Source: Gallionella sp.
GTDB lineage: Bacteria; Pseudomonadota; Gammaproteobacteria; Burkholderiales; Gallionellaceae
Direction of reading: 5' to 3'
DNA: 64,000 bases
Assembly: GCA_030681375.1 (NCBI GenBank)
Contig: JAUXWM010000086.1
Location: forward strand, 526-64,525
Position 1 is the stretch's first letter. Each line of letters starts with the position of its first letter. The position numbers and the translations under genes were made by a program. The notes under the pieces were generated by a model. That model saw nothing but the letters and a program-made list of their open reading frames with translations. It had not been told where the DNA came from and searched no databases. Of the stretch, positions 51,554 to 61,825 are shown piece after piece.

Positions 51554-51831
51554 TAGTGATAATCCTCGTAATCTAAAACAAATGCGTTGCCGTTTTCAAA
51601 CTTGAACGTGACGCGCCAATTACCATTCACCCATATTGACCAACGCCCACGCTCGCTTCCTTTTAGCGGGTGAAGTCGGAATCCGGGAATGTCCATGTCC
51701 TCGATAGCTAGAGCGGTATCGAGCGCGACCAACTGCATTTTTAGTCGACTCGCGTGAGTCGGTTGGATTCCAGACAAGCTGCCGGATTCAAAGTATTTTC
51801 GCAGACCTTTGTGGCGAAACGATGTAATCAT
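51553..51831 (-). CDS. higB: HigB family toxin (RelE-like, plasmid killer type)
   Basis: MITSFRHKGL, PGFRLHPLKG, WSIWVNGNWRVTF, DYEDYH; toxin-first gene order. Confidence 0.93.
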   Translation of the reverse strand: MITSFRHKGLRKYFESGSLSGIQPTHASRLKMQLVALDTALAIEDMDIPGFRLHPLKGSERGRWSIWVNGNWRVTFKFENGNAFVLDYEDYH

Positions 51832-51847
51832 GACGGTATGATAGCGC

Positions 51848-51864
51848 GTTGCGTGATACGCAAC
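51848..51864. promoter_or_regulatory. Palindromic operator upstream of higBA
   Basis: gttgcgt-gat-acgcaac, 16 nt before the higB ATG. Confidence 0.65.
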
Positions 51865-51868
51865 AAGA

Positions 51869-51934
51869 GCCAGGTGTTAAAGTTGAGAGGGGCAGCCCGT
51901 TTGGGGGCTATCCCTCTCGAATGCGAAGCCATAA
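51869..51934 (+). other. Eroded attC-like hairpin
   Basis: gttaa-agttgagaggggcagccc-gtttgg-gggctatccctctcgaa-tgcgaa-g has attC-like length and arm layout. Both core sites deviate from RYYYAAC/GTTRRRY. Confidence 0.45.
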
Positions 51935-52055
51935 TGTTTGATTAATAGACCTGCCCCCTCGCTGCTGCGGCATAGCCATCGGCAAAGTGTCACAGAGAAT
52001 GTTGGAGTGTTAGACTTGACTCCAGACTTTCGGCGAGACTATTTAAAAATCAATC

Positions 52056-52172
52056 GAGTCTGACCCCATTGACGATGCAGAGTCTGACCCCATTGACGAT
52101 GCATTGACGCCACGCGCAGGCGGGAACCCAGCTAGATAAAGGCACTGGATCCCCGCTTTTGCGGGGATGACG
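52056..52172. repeat. 24-nt tandem duplication plus a truncated CGTC-tagged REP-like element
   Basis: (gagtctgaccccattgacgatgca)x2 at 52056-52103, then cgcgcaggcgggaacccag...ctggatccccgc-tttt-gcggggatgacg. Confidence 0.75.
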
Positions 52173-52385
52173 AATAAATCAGCATCAACATATGCATATA
52201 CCGGAATCGGTGTATACCCTGTAAAGTACGGTATTGGGCAGTATTCGGGGGCACGTTTTTCGATTTGGTTTTGTATAACACGTCAGTTGTTCGCAGTAAC
52301 GCTGCTTGTGCCGATGTCGCCCGCCACCCTATCTGTAATTAATTGTGAAAACAATAGACTGAAGTGTAAAGCCAGCCTGGTGAAT

Positions 52386-54494
52386 CTATCCCGCGTTCTG
52401 TACCCGGAAGATTCTGATTACTTCGGGGATCATGCGCATGCTGCGCATAATCCCGGCGAGGTGCTGGCGGTTATTCACTTCCAGTGTGAAGTGCAACGCA
52501 GTGTATTCGCCTTCGTTGGCAAAGCTGACGTTCTCGATGTTCGATTCCGCTTCGGCGATGGCAGCCGCGACTTTGGCCAGCACGCCGCGCTGATTGGCGA
52601 CCAGCAGTTTGAGGCTGACTGCGAAGGTGCGCGTGATGTTTTTGTCCCATACGACATCCAGCCACTGTCCGCTGTGGCCTTTGCGCAGAGAGGCGCAGTC
52701 GTGCGTGTGCACCACTAGCCCCTGTCCGCTCTTGATGACGCCTATGATGGGATCGCCGGGTATGGGGCGGCAGCAGGTGGCGAATTGTACCGCCATGCCT
52801 TCTGTGCCTTGAATGGTGATGACCGGGTTGGCTATGTTTTCAACCGAGATGGTTTCTCCGCTGCAGGCCAGTTGCCGCGCAACCACCATGTTCAGGCGGC
52901 GGCCCAGGCCGATATCGGCGAGCATTTCCTGGCGCGTTTTTACGCCGGTATCTCTGAGCAGCTTGTCCCAGCAGCTTTCTCTTATTTCCGATGGCTTGAT
53001 GCCCAGCGCCTGTAAGGCCTGATTGAGCAGGCGTTCGCCGAGTTGCGCGGATTCGTCAGACTGCATGGTCTTGAAGAAGTGGCGGATGTGGCTGCGCGCC
53101 TTGTTGGTGGTGACATAGGAGAGCCAGGCCGGATTGGGTTTTGCGTGCGGTGCGGTGATGATCTCTACGCGATCACCATTCCTGAGTTCGGTGCGCAGCG
53201 GCACTAGCTCATGATTGATCTTGACGGCAATGCAGCGGTTGCCGATGTCGGTATGTACGCTGTAAGCGAAATCAACCGCCGTCGCCCCGCGCGGCAGCGA
53301 GAGTATCTTGCCTTTGGGGGTAAAGACATACACGGCATCGGGAAACAGGTCCACCTTCAGGTGTTCCATGAATTCGGCTGAATTGCTGCTTTCGTTGAGG
53401 CTTTCCAGAAGTTCCTGCAACCACTGGTGGGTTTTTTTGTGCAGCTCGTTGATGGACGAATGTCCGCTCTTGTACAGCCAGTGCGACGCGACGCCCGCAT
53501 CCGCAATCTTGTGCATTTCGCGGGTGCGAATCTGGATTTCTATGGGCGTGCTGAACGGCCCGAACAGCGTGGTGTGCAACGACTGATAGCCGTTGGACTT
53601 GGGGATGGCAATGTAATCCTTGAATTTCCCCGGGATCGGTTTATACAAGGCATGCAGTACACCCAGCGCGACATAACATGCGTCCACATCGTCCACCAGC
53701 ACGCGGAAGCCGTAAATATCCAGCACCTCCGAAAAGGCCAGCGATTTGATTTGCATCTTCTTGTAGATGCTGTAGATATTCTTTTCTCTGCCGCTGACGT
53801 CGGCGCGGATATGCTTTTTGGCAAGTTGCTGAATGATGGAGTCGAGTATCTTATTGACCACTTCGCGACGATTGCCGCGCGCCACCTTAAGTGCTTTTGC
53901 CAGCACGTTGTAGCGATTCGGATGTAAATGCTTGAAGCTGAGGTCCTGCAACTCCTGATAGATTTCATTCAGGCCCAGGCGATTGGCGATGGGGGCGTAA
54001 ATTTCCATGGTTTCGCGTGCGATGCGTTCGCATTGCTCGGGTCGCATGGAGCCCAGTGTGCGCATGTTATGCAGGCGATCGGCCAGTTTGATGAGAATGA
54101 CGCGCACATCGCGCGCCATGGCCAACAACATTTTGCGGAAGTTTTCCGCCTGCGCGTCTTCTCGGGTTTCGAAATGGATTTTTTCCAGCTTGCTTAAGCC
54201 ATCCACCAGTTCGGCGACAGGCAGGCCGAATTTTTCGGCTATCTGTTCGAAAGTTATTTCGGTGTCTTCAACCACATCATGCAGCAGGGCTGCGATGATG
54301 GATTGCACGTCAAGGTGCAGCGGCGTGAGGATGAGCGCTACCGCAATGGGATGCGTGACATAAGGATCGCCGGAATGGCGAGTCTGGCCCTGATGGGCGA
54401 CGCGGCTGAATTCAATCGCAACGCGGACGTGTTCCACATCCTGCGGTTTCAGGTAGCTGGAAACTTCCTTAATGAGTAATGCCGCGTCAGCCAT
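52386..54494 (-). CDS. spoT: Bifunctional (p)ppGpp synthetase/hydrolase
   Basis: HD domain (LLHDVVEDT), synthetase (NGYQSLHT), TGS and ACT domains; follows rpoZ. Confidence 0.95.
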   Translation of the reverse strand: MADAALLIKEVSSYLKPQDVEHVRVAIEFSRVAHQGQTRHSGDPYVTHPIAVALILTPLHLDVQSIIAALLHDVVEDTEITFEQIAEKFGLPVAELVDGLSKLEKIHFETREDAQAENFRKMLLAMARDVRVILIKLADRLHNMRTLGSMRPEQCERIARETMEIYAPIANRLGLNEIYQELQDLSFKHLHPNRYNVLAKALKVARGNRREVVNKILDSIIQQLAKKHIRADVSGREKNIYSIYKKMQIKSLAFSEVLDIYGFRVLVDDVDACYVALGVLHALYKPIPGKFKDYIAIPKSNGYQSLHTTLFGPFSTPIEIQIRTREMHKIADAGVASHWLYKSGHSSINELHKKTHQWLQELLESLNESSNSAEFMEHLKVDLFPDAVYVFTPKGKILSLPRGATAVDFAYSVHTDIGNRCIAVKINHELVPLRTELRNGDRVEIITAPHAKPNPAWLSYVTTNKARSHIRHFFKTMQSDESAQLGERLLNQALQALGIKPSEIRESCWDKLLRDTGVKTRQEMLADIGLGRRLNMVVARQLACSGETISVENIANPVITIQGTEGMAVQFATCCRPIPGDPIIGVIKSGQGLVVHTHDCASLRKGHSGQWLDVVWDKNITRTFAVSLKLLVANQRGVLAKVAAAIAEAESNIENVSFANEGEYTALHFTLEVNNRQHLAGIMRSMRMIPEVIRIFRVQNAG

Positions 54495-54595
54495 AGTGCT
54501 TACTGCTTTATCCTGAATCCGCTATTTATGGAGTGCGGTGGCATGGCCACGCTGGTTTTAAACAGGGGCCGTGCCGGGTAGCGCCTGCGCTAAAA

Positions 54596-54802
54596 TCAAG
54601 CCTGACCGCGATTGAGTATCTCCAGACCGACTTTACCCTTGCTGATTTCGCGGAGCGCGACTACGGTCGGTTTATCCTTGCTGTCTGCTACCAGATGCGT
54701 GGCGCCATTGGCGATCTGGCGTGCGCGATACGCTGCGGCCAGTGTCAGGTCGAAACGGTTAGGGATATATTCCAAACATTCTTCTACGGTAATACGAGCC
54801 AT
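54596..54802 (-). CDS. rpoZ: RNA polymerase omega subunit
   Basis: [10 protein letters not shown]...NRFDL...RARQI...[10 protein letters not shown]. Confidence 0.97.
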   Translation of the reverse strand: MARITVEECLEYIPNRFDLTLAAAYRARQIANGATHLVADSKDKPTVVALREISKGKVGLEILNRGQA

Positions 54803-54805
54803 GAT

Positions 54806-55423
54806 TTACTCCGGATTTTGTAATTGGTTGATTAAGTTTTGATGACGAGCCAATTGGGCAGACGCGCGCAGCCTCGCAGCCAGCACGACGGCATTGAATT
54901 CCCGCAATGCTTCATTCAAATTGTCGTTGATAATAACATAATCGAATTCGGCAACATGTGCGACCTCTTCACGAGCGGCCGCCATGCGTTTGGCGATGAC
55001 CTCGCTATCGTCCTGACCGCGCCCCGTAAGGCGTTGTTCCAGCGCAGCTATTGACGGCGGCAGGATGAAAATGCTGATGCAGTCCGGGAATAAGCGACGC
55101 ACCTGCGCTGCGCCCTGCCAGTCTATTTCCAGCAGGATGTCGCGGTCCTGGGCGATTTCCCTGCTGATCCAGCTTTGTGATGTGCCGTAATAATTGCCAT
55201 ATACCTCGGCGCTCTCCAGAAATTCACCGTGTCCGGCCATCTTTGTAAACGTTTCACGGCTGATGAAGTTGTAGGCAACGCCATCCTGCTCACCCTGGCG
55301 CGGCGCGCGCGTGGTGTAGGAAACCGATAAGGCAATTTGCGGGTTGGTGCCGAGCAAGGCATGTACCAGACTGGTCTTGCCGGCACCGGAGGGTGCGCTG
55401 ATGACGAATAAACTTCCTGACAT
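54806..55423 (-). CDS. gmk: Guanylate kinase (own ATG/RBS, also in frame with upstream yicC)
   Basis: MSGSLFVISAPSGAGKTS, SYTTRAPR, LEIDWQGA. GGGAG precedes ATG 55423. Confidence 0.95.
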   Translation of the reverse strand: MSGSLFVISAPSGAGKTSLVHALLGTNPQIALSVSYTTRAPRQGEQDGVAYNFISRETFTKMAGHGEFLESAEVYGNYYGTSQSWISREIAQDRDILLEIDWQGAAQVRRLFPDCISIFILPPSIAALEQRLTGRGQDDSEVIAKRMAAAREEVAHVAEFDYVIINDNLNEALREFNAVVLAARLRASAQLARHQNLINQLQNPE

Positions 55424-56323
55424 AAAAACTCCCGGTATTTTTCTAAAACGGATTTTCGAAGACTGATTTTTATGAATTTGTTCACGCATTTGTTCGATGA
55501 GAATTTTCATTTCCATCGCGCTGCGCGACACGTCGGCATCCACTGATTTTGAGCCCAGCGTGTTGGCTTCGCGGTTCAGTTCCTGCATCAGGAAATCCAG
55601 TCGCTTGCCTACTGCGCCACCCTGTTTAAGTATGCGGCGCATCTCGGTAAGATGGCTGGCCAGGCGCGACAACTCTTCGTCCACGTCGATCTTGCTGGCA
55701 AATAGCGTGATTTCCTGGCGTATGCGTTCATCTTCCGCGCCTTGCAATGCGTCGCGCAGTCGGTTGGTCAGCTTTAATTCGTAGGCGGCAATCGCGGCGG
55801 GCACATGCGGCATCACACCGGTGCGCAAGGTTTCGATTTTTTCCAAACGCACACTTAAAAAGTCTTTCAGCTTTTCGCCTTCGCGGGCGCGCGATGCGGA
55901 AAACTCCTGCAATGCCGTTTGCATCAAGGCGAGCAGGGTGGCGCACAATTCGTCGGCAGAGGCGGTGGGCGTTTGCAGAACGCCGTTCCAGCGCAGCACA
56001 TCGGCGACGCTTAAAGTTTGTGCTTCCGGTATGGCGGCTTGCACTTGTTTGTTCCAGTTGGCGAGTTGCAGCAACAGATCGTGGTTCAGCATCGTGCCGC
56101 CCTGCGCATCGCGCGCAGCGTAATTGATCCGGCATTCAACCTTGCCGCGTTGCAGCGTGGCGCTGATTAATTCGCGCAATACACCTTCAAATACGCGCAA
56201 TTCCTCCGGCATCCGCAGTTGAATATCCAGATAGCGATGGTTGACGGCGCGCAACTCCAGCGACAGCGAACCGGCGACAAAGTCTGTGCTGGTATTGGCA
56301 TAACCGGTCATGCTTAGAATCAT
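55424..56323 (-). CDS. yicC: YicC/YloC family endoribonuclease lacking its own stop; reads through into gmk as a 505-aa ORF (54806-56323)
   Basis: MILSMTGY, VNHRYLD, DVDEELSRL, LDFLMQELNREANTLGSKS, EQMREQI, then no stop before gmk. Confidence 0.88.
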
Positions 56324-56398
56324 GTTGTGGCTTTCAGGGTAGGGTGAAATGAATAAAAGGCTGTGCGCTGGGCGTGCATTATATTACGATTGCGAACT

Positions 56399-57184
56399 AT
56401 GAATTTCTCGATACATCAGGCCAGCCACATCGGCAACCGCAAATACAATCAGGATCGTGTCGCTTATGCCTACAGCAAGGACGCCTTGTTGCTGGTGCTG
56501 GCGGACGGTATGGGCGGGCATTTGCACGGCGAAGTGGCCGCCAGTATGGCTATGGATACGTTCGTCGAATCGTTTGCGCAACATGCGCAAATAACCGACC
56601 CGCAAGCCTTTCTGTCTGACACCATGCGTCGCGCTCATCAGCGCATCATGGATTTGCCGCAGCATAAGGACCAGAGTTTCCCCGGTACCACCTGCGTCGC
56701 GGCCCTGATTCAGGACGGCAAAATGTACTGGGGACACGCTGGCGATTCGCGTTTGTACCTGCTGCGCAAAGGCGCGGTGCTATCCAAAACGCTGGATCAT
56801 TCCATGGTGCAGATGTGGCTGGAACTGGGCGTGATAGACGAGGACGAAGCGCGTACCCACCCCAGACGCAACCAGATTACCAATTGCCTGGGCGGGGTTG
56901 AAGACCTGTTCGAGATCGCGCTGGGGCAATCTGTTGCACTGCAATCAGGTGATGTGGTGCTGCTTTGCAGCGATGGCTTATGCGGCCCGTTTGTTGACAA
57001 GGAACTGGTATCCGCCTTTGTCGGCAGTCCGGTGGATGCCGCACTGGATAAGCTGATCGTGGTTGCCCTGAAGCGCGAAAACGGCAAGTCAGATAATGTA
57101 ACCGGCCTTGCCATGCGTTGGGGAAACAGCGAATCTCTGCACCACACTGACGCTATAATCAGCCATATACTCGATATCCAGTAG
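56399..57184 (+). CDS. PP2C family Ser/Thr phosphatase
   Basis: [34 protein letters not shown]. Confidence 0.92.
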   Translation: MNFSIHQASHIGNRKYNQDRVAYAYSKDALLLVLADGMGGHLHGEVAASMAMDTFVESFAQHAQITDPQAFLSDTMRRAHQRIMDLPQHKDQSFPGTTCVAALIQDGKMYWGHAGDSRLYLLRKGAVLSKTLDHSMVQMWLELGVIDEDEARTHPRRNQITNCLGGVEDLFEIALGQSVALQSGDVVLLCSDGLCGPFVDKELVSAFVGSPVDAALDKLIVVALKRENGKSDNVTGLAMRWGNSESLHHTDAIISHILDIQ

Positions 57185-57200
57185 CGCAGCCGCTTCTCCA

Positions 57201-57228
57201 ACTCACCACTCACCACTCACCACTCACC
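57201..57228. repeat. (ACTCACC)x4 heptamer array
   Basis: Four perfect copies immediately upstream of rph. Confidence 0.9.
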
Positions 57229-57236
57229 ATTACCCT

Positions 57237-57953
57237 ATGCGACCCAGTCAACGATCTGCAAACCAACTGCGTGAAATACGCATCACCCGTCACTACACTA
57301 AGCACGCCGAAGGTTCGGTGCTGATCGAATGTGGTGACACTAAAGTCATTTGTACCGCCAGCGTCGAAGAACGCGTACCGCCGCACAAGAAAGGCAGCGG
57401 CGAGGGCTGGGTGACGGCCGAATACGGCATGTTGCCGCGCTCCACCGGCAGCCGCATGCAGCGTGAAGCGGCCAAGGGCAAACAATCAGGCCGCACTCAG
57501 GAGATTCAGCGTTTGATCGGGCGCAGCCTGCGCGCGGTGGTGGATCTGGGCAAGCTCGGCGAGCGCACCATTCAGATTGATTGTGACGTGATACAGGCTG
57601 ACGGCGGCACGCGCACTGCCAGCATCACCGGCGCGTACGTCGCCTTGCACGATGCAGTGAGCGGCCTGATTGCAAAAGGGCTGCTGCAGGAGAGTCCGCT
57701 AAAAGAATCCATCGCCGCGATTTCGGTCGGCATCTATCAGGGCGTGCCGGTGCTGGATCTGGATTACCTCGAAGATTCCGCCTGCGACACCGACATGAAC
57801 GTGGTGATGCTGGGTAGCGGTCACTTCGTCGAAGTGCAGGGCACGGCCGAAGGCCATGCTTTCAGCCGCGCCGAAATGGACGAGCTGCTGGAGTTGGCTG
57901 GTTCAGGTATCGCCGAGTTGATTCAGATGCAACGAGCCGCACTGGCCGGATAA
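57237..57953 (+). CDS. rph: Ribonuclease PH
   Basis: [42 protein letters not shown]. Confidence 0.98.
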   Translation: MRPSQRSANQLREIRITRHYTKHAEGSVLIECGDTKVICTASVEERVPPHKKGSGEGWVTAEYGMLPRSTGSRMQREAAKGKQSGRTQEIQRLIGRSLRAVVDLGKLGERTIQIDCDVIQADGGTRTASITGAYVALHDAVSGLIAKGLLQESPLKESIAAISVGIYQGVPVLDLDYLEDSACDTDMNVVMLGSGHFVEVQGTAEGHAFSRAEMDELLELAGSGIAELIQMQRAALAG

Positions 57954-57957
57954 GACC

Positions 57958-58548
57958 GTGCAGAAACTCGTCATCGCCTCCAATAACCCCGGAAAACTGC
58001 GCGAGTTTCAGCACATGCTGGAACCGCTGGGCATCGAAGTCGTCACGCAGGCGCAACTCGGGATCAGCGAGGCGGAAGAGCCGCATGTTACCTTCATCGA
58101 GAATGCGCTGGCCAAGGCGCGCCATGTCAGCAAACTGAGCGGCCTGCCTGCGCTAGCGGATGATTCCGGCATTTGCGTCACAGCACTGGGCGGTGCGCCG
58201 GGCGTGTACTCGGCACGCTATGCAGGGGACAGTCCCAAATCGGATCAGGCCAACAACGACAAGCTGATGCAGGCTATGCAAGGCGTGACTGACCGTCGTG
58301 CGCATTATTACTGTGTGCTGGTGCTGGTGCGTCACGCGGACGACCCGCAGCCTGTCATCGCCGAGGGCGAATGGCACGGCGAGATTGCGCACCAGGAACA
58401 GGGCGAGGGCGGCTTCGGTTATGACCCGCTGTTCTGGCTGCCGGAACTGGGCAAGATGAGCGCAGAACTGTCACGTGACCAGAAACACGCCATCAGCCAT
58501 AGAGGCCGGGCGATGCAGGTGCTGCTGGAGAAATTGCGGTATGAGTAG
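57958..58548 (+). CDS. rdgB: dITP/XTP pyrophosphatase
   Basis: ASNNPGK, ADDSG, PGVYSARY, GFGYDP, SHRG. Confidence 0.96.
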   Translation: MQKLVIASNNPGKLREFQHMLEPLGIEVVTQAQLGISEAEEPHVTFIENALAKARHVSKLSGLPALADDSGICVTALGGAPGVYSARYAGDSPKSDQANNDKLMQAMQGVTDRRAHYYCVLVLVRHADDPQPVIAEGEWHGEIAHQEQGEGGFGYDPLFWLPELGKMSAELSRDQKHAISHRGRAMQVLLEKLRYE

Positions 58549-58556
58549 GATGGGCG

Positions 58557-58618
58557 GTAGGGTGGGCAAATTTTACCTGCCCACGCGTTCAAACGGTGGG
58601 CATGGTTGCCCACCCTGC
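58557..58618. repeat. GTAG-tagged REP doublet
   Basis: gtagggtgggcaaattttacctgcccacgc ... ggtgggcatggttgcccaccctgc. Confidence 0.8.
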
Positions 58619-58623
58619 GAGCC

Positions 58624-59823
58624 ATGATTTCGCTGCAACCGGTTTCATTCAAATCGCAATCCGTTCACTTCACGACGGCCTTGCCGCCGCTGTCGCTGTA
58701 CATCCATATCCCCTGGTGCGTGAAGAAATGCCCGTATTGCGACTTCAATTCGCATGAGGCGAAGTCGGCTTTCCCGGAAAAAGAATATATCGCCGCCCTG
58801 ACCCGCGATCTGGAAATGGCGCTGCCGCAAATCTGGGGGCGCAAGGTATATACGGTGTTCTTCGGCGGCGGCACGCCTAGTATGCTCTCCGGCGAAGGCG
58901 TCGAGGAGATACTGCGTCAGGTGCGCATGCTGTTGCCACTCGCAGGCGATGCTGAAATTACGCTGGAGGCCAATCCCGGCACGGTAGAGGCGGACAAGTT
59001 CGCCGCCTTCCGCGAGGCGGGCGTTAATCGCCTGTCGATGGGAATCCAGAGTTTTAACGATACTCATCTGAAGGCGCTGGGGCGCATCCATTCGGCGGAC
59101 GAGGCGAAAGCGGCTATCGCCATCGCGCAGCGGCATTTCGACAACATCAATCTTGATCTGATGTATGCGCTGCCGAATCAGACGCTGGCACAGGCTATGC
59201 AGGATGTGCAGACTGCACTGGAATTCAGGCCGCAGCACCTGTCCGCCTATCACCTGACGCTGGAGCCGAACACGCTGTTTTATCGTAATCCGCCGTCCTT
59301 GCCAGATGACGATGCCAGTTCCGACATGCAGCAAAGCATAGAGCATCTGCTGGCAGAAAACGGCTATCAGCATTACGAGACCTCCGCGTTCGCACAGCCC
59401 AATCGCCGTTCGAAACACAATCTGAATTACTGGAAGTTCGGCGATTATTTAGGCATAGGCGCGGGCGCACACAGCAAGATCAGTTTTCCGGATAAGATCA
59501 TCCGTCAGGCGCGCTACAAACAGCCGCAGGCCTATATGCAACAGGTGGCATCAGGCGCACCGATACAGCTTGAAAACGAAGTCGGCCGCGATGAGTTACC
59601 GTTCGAATTTATGATGAATGCGCTGCGCCTGAATGCGGGCTTCGATTCCGTGCTGTTCAACGAACGCACCAGCTTGTCGCTGATCGCGATACAGTGCGAA
59701 CTGGCCGAAGCTGAACGGCGCGGCTTGTTGCAGCGCGACATCGCCCGCATCGCCCCGACGCTACAGGGGCAACGGTTTTTGAATGACCTGCTGGAGATAT
59801 TTCTGGTGGATAAAAGTAGGTAG
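58624..59823 (+). CDS. hemW: Radical SAM heme chaperone HemW
   Basis: LYIHIPWCVKKCPYCDFNS (CxxxCxxC), GGGTPS, LEANP, HNLNYW; follows rdgB. Confidence 0.93.
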   Translation: MISLQPVSFKSQSVHFTTALPPLSLYIHIPWCVKKCPYCDFNSHEAKSAFPEKEYIAALTRDLEMALPQIWGRKVYTVFFGGGTPSMLSGEGVEEILRQVRMLLPLAGDAEITLEANPGTVEADKFAAFREAGVNRLSMGIQSFNDTHLKALGRIHSADEAKAAIAIAQRHFDNINLDLMYALPNQTLAQAMQDVQTALEFRPQHLSAYHLTLEPNTLFYRNPPSLPDDDASSDMQQSIEHLLAENGYQHYETSAFAQPNRRSKHNLNYWKFGDYLGIGAGAHSKISFPDKIIRQARYKQPQAYMQQVASGAPIQLENEVGRDELPFEFMMNALRLNAGFDSVLFNERTSLSLIAIQCELAEAERRGLLQRDIARIAPTLQGQRFLNDLLEIFLVDKSR

Positions 59824-59918
59824 GTCGGGTTAGCGTAGCGTAACCCGACATCTTTGCTCATTCAGCTAGCGAGGGTAGGGTGCATTTCATGCACCATGGT
59901 GCGCAAAGCGCACCCTAC
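59820..59918. repeat. Cluster of GTAG-tagged REPs between convergent hemW and trmB
   Basis: gtaggtcgggtta-gcgtagcg-taacccgac (59820-59849) and the doublet gtagggtgcatttcatgcacc-atggtgcgcaaagcgcaccctac (59875-59918). Confidence 0.85.
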
Positions 59919-60682
59919 CGCCTGCGGAACACCAGATCCCACACGCCGTGTCCCAGATTGAGGCCGCGTTTCTCGAATTTGGTGAGCGGGCGGTAGTCGG
60001 GGCGGGGGGCGTAGTCGGCGGCGGTGTTTTTCAATAACGGTTCCGCGCTCAGCACTGCCAGCACCTGTTCGGCGTAGTCCTGCCAGTCGGTGGCGACGTG
60101 GATATAGCCACCGGGTTTGAGCTTCGCCATCAGCTTTTCTATGAACGGGGTCTGGATCAGTCGGCGCTTGTTGTGGCGCGCCTTGTGCCAGGGGTCGGGA
60201 AAGAAGATGTATACGCCGTCCAGCGTAGCCTTGCCTATCATGTCGCGCAGCACTTCTACCGCATCGTGCTGGATGATGCGGATATTGCTCAGTTTCTGTT
60301 CGTCCATTACCTTGAACAGATTGCCGACACCCGGGGTATGTACTTCCAGACACAGGTAATCATTTTCGGGATGGTCGCAGGCGATGGTGGCGGTGCTGTC
60401 GCCCATGCCGAAGCCGATCTCCAGTATCTTCGGTGCGCTGCGGCCAAAGGCGGCATCCAGATCGAGCACCTCTGCGCTGTAGGGAATGCCGAAAACGGGT
60501 TGCAGCGTGTCAACGGCACGCTGCTGCGCGACGGTGACCCGGCCTTGTCTTAAGACGTAGCTGCGGATGTGGCGATTAACTTGAGAGTCGCGAAGCGCCT
60601 CGTTCGCACCCTCTCCCTCTTGAGGGAGAGGGTTGGGGGGAGGGGAACAAGCTTGCTTGTTGGTGATGTCAGTATCGGTCAT
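59915..60682 (-). CDS. trmB: tRNA (guanine-N7)-methyltransferase with repeat-derived N-terminal extension
   Basis: [41 protein letters not shown]. Confidence 0.96.
   Translation of the reverse strand: MTDTDITNKQACSPPPNPLPQEGEGANEALRDSQVNRHIRSYVLRQGRVTVAQQRAVDTLQPVFGIPYSAEVLDLDAAFGRSAPKILEIGFGMGDSTATIACDHPENDYLCLEVHTPGVGNLFKVMDEQKLSNIRIIQHDAVEVLRDMIGKATLDGVYIFFPDPWHKARHNKRRLIQTPFIEKLMAKLKPGGYIHVATDWQDYAEQVLAVLSAEPLLKNTAADYAPRPDYRPLTKFEKRGLNLGHGVWDLVFRRR
60609..60646 (+). repeat. CCCTCTCCC/GGGAGAGGG-type element in frame within the trmB N-terminus
   Basis: ccctctccctc-tt-gagggagaggg-ttggggggagggga (perfect 11-bp stem), read on the coding strand as [13 protein letters not shown]. Confidence 0.78.
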
Positions 60683-60735
60683 ATTGGTAATATTTGATTG
60701 CCTTCACCCACAAGGGGTGAAGGGAGAAGGCTGAA

Positions 60736-61530
60736 TCAGCTACGTGCCGAAGCGATGATGCCTGCGGTCGGTGAGCTGGGGCTGGCGCTGTAAAGTTTTT
60801 TCGGCATGCGGCCTGCCAGATACGCTTCGCGCCCGGCTTCGGTGGCCTTTTTCATTGCGGAGGCCATCAACACCGGATTCTGCGCGCCGGCAATCGCCGT
60901 ATTCATCAGCACGCCGGCACAGCCCAGTTCCATCGCGATGGCGGCGTCAGAGGCGGTGCCCACGCCCGCATCCACGATCACCGGCACGCTGACGCGATCC
61001 ATGATGAGTTGCAGATTCCACGGGTTGAGTATGCCCATGCCCGAACCGATCAAGGAGGCCAGCGGCATGATCGCCACGCAGCCGATGTCTTCGAGCTGTT
61101 TGGCGATGATGGGATCATCCGAAGTATAGACCATCACCTGAAAGCCTTCGGCGACCAGTGTTTTGGCGGCGGCGATGGTCTCGATCACGTTGGGGTAAAG
61201 GGACTGCGGGTCGCCCAGCACTTCCAGTTTGACCAGACTATGACCGTCCAGCAGTTCGCGCGCCAGACGCAGGGTGCGCACTGCATCTTCGGCGCTATAA
61301 CAGCCAGCGGTATTGGGCAGATAGGTGAATTTAGAAGGGGGAACTGCATCCAGCAGCGATGGCTCATTCGGGTTTTGACCGAGGTTGGTGCGACGTATCG
61401 CTACCGTGACGATTTCGGTGCCGCTGGCGTCCAGCGCTGCGCGGGTTTCGGTGAAGTCCTTGTATTTTCCGGTGCCGACCAGCAGCCGGGACGAATAGCT
61501 TTTTCCTGCGATAACGAGCGAATCGGTCAT
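60736..61530 (-). CDS. thiG: Thiazole synthase
   Basis: [31 protein letters not shown]. Confidence 0.97.
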   Translation of the reverse strand: MTDSLVIAGKSYSSRLLVGTGKYKDFTETRAALDASGTEIVTVAIRRTNLGQNPNEPSLLDAVPPSKFTYLPNTAGCYSAEDAVRTLRLARELLDGHSLVKLEVLGDPQSLYPNVIETIAAAKTLVAEGFQVMVYTSDDPIIAKQLEDIGCVAIMPLASLIGSGMGILNPWNLQLIMDRVSVPVIVDAGVGTASDAAIAMELGCAGVLMNTAIAGAQNPVLMASAMKKATEAGREAYLAGRMPKKLYSASPSSPTAGIIASARS

Positions 61531-61578
61531 TTGATATCCTAATGATTTATATAATATTTTTAAGTTTTGAGTCTGCCT

Positions 61579-61788
61579 TTATCCGCCGCCCACCGCCACT
61601 ACAATTTCCAGTTTGTCGCCATCGGACAGGGTTGTTTCGGCATACTGGCTGCGCGGGACGATATCGCCGTTGCGCTCTGTCGCGATGCGTTTACCGGTGT
61701 AACCCAGCTCCGCTATCAGCGCGGCGAGGCTGCATGAACCGCTGAGTTGGCGCGCTGCGCCGTTGATATGAACAGTAATCACTTCCAA
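61579..61788 (-). CDS. thiS: Sulfur carrier protein ThiS
   Basis: Ubiquitin-like fold ending EIVVAVGGG. AAGGAG precedes the TTG start. Confidence 0.95.
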   Translation of the reverse strand: MEVITVHINGAARQLSGSCSLAALIAELGYTGKRIATERNGDIVPRSQYAETTLSDGDKLEIVVAVGGG

Positions 61789-61825
61789 TTTGCTCCTTGC
61801 CTAAGCTAGAATGCGAGCCCATCAG

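Noticed and set aside
52056-52103. 24-nt direct repeat or the heptamer arrays as a CRISPR array
   Set aside because: The copies are directly adjacent with no spacers, and no cas genes are present.
52167-52718. 183-aa plus-strand ORF and other frames in 52180-52380
   Set aside because: It overlaps the spoT 3' end antisense, starts inside a REP, and no frame gives a recognisable product or RNA motif.
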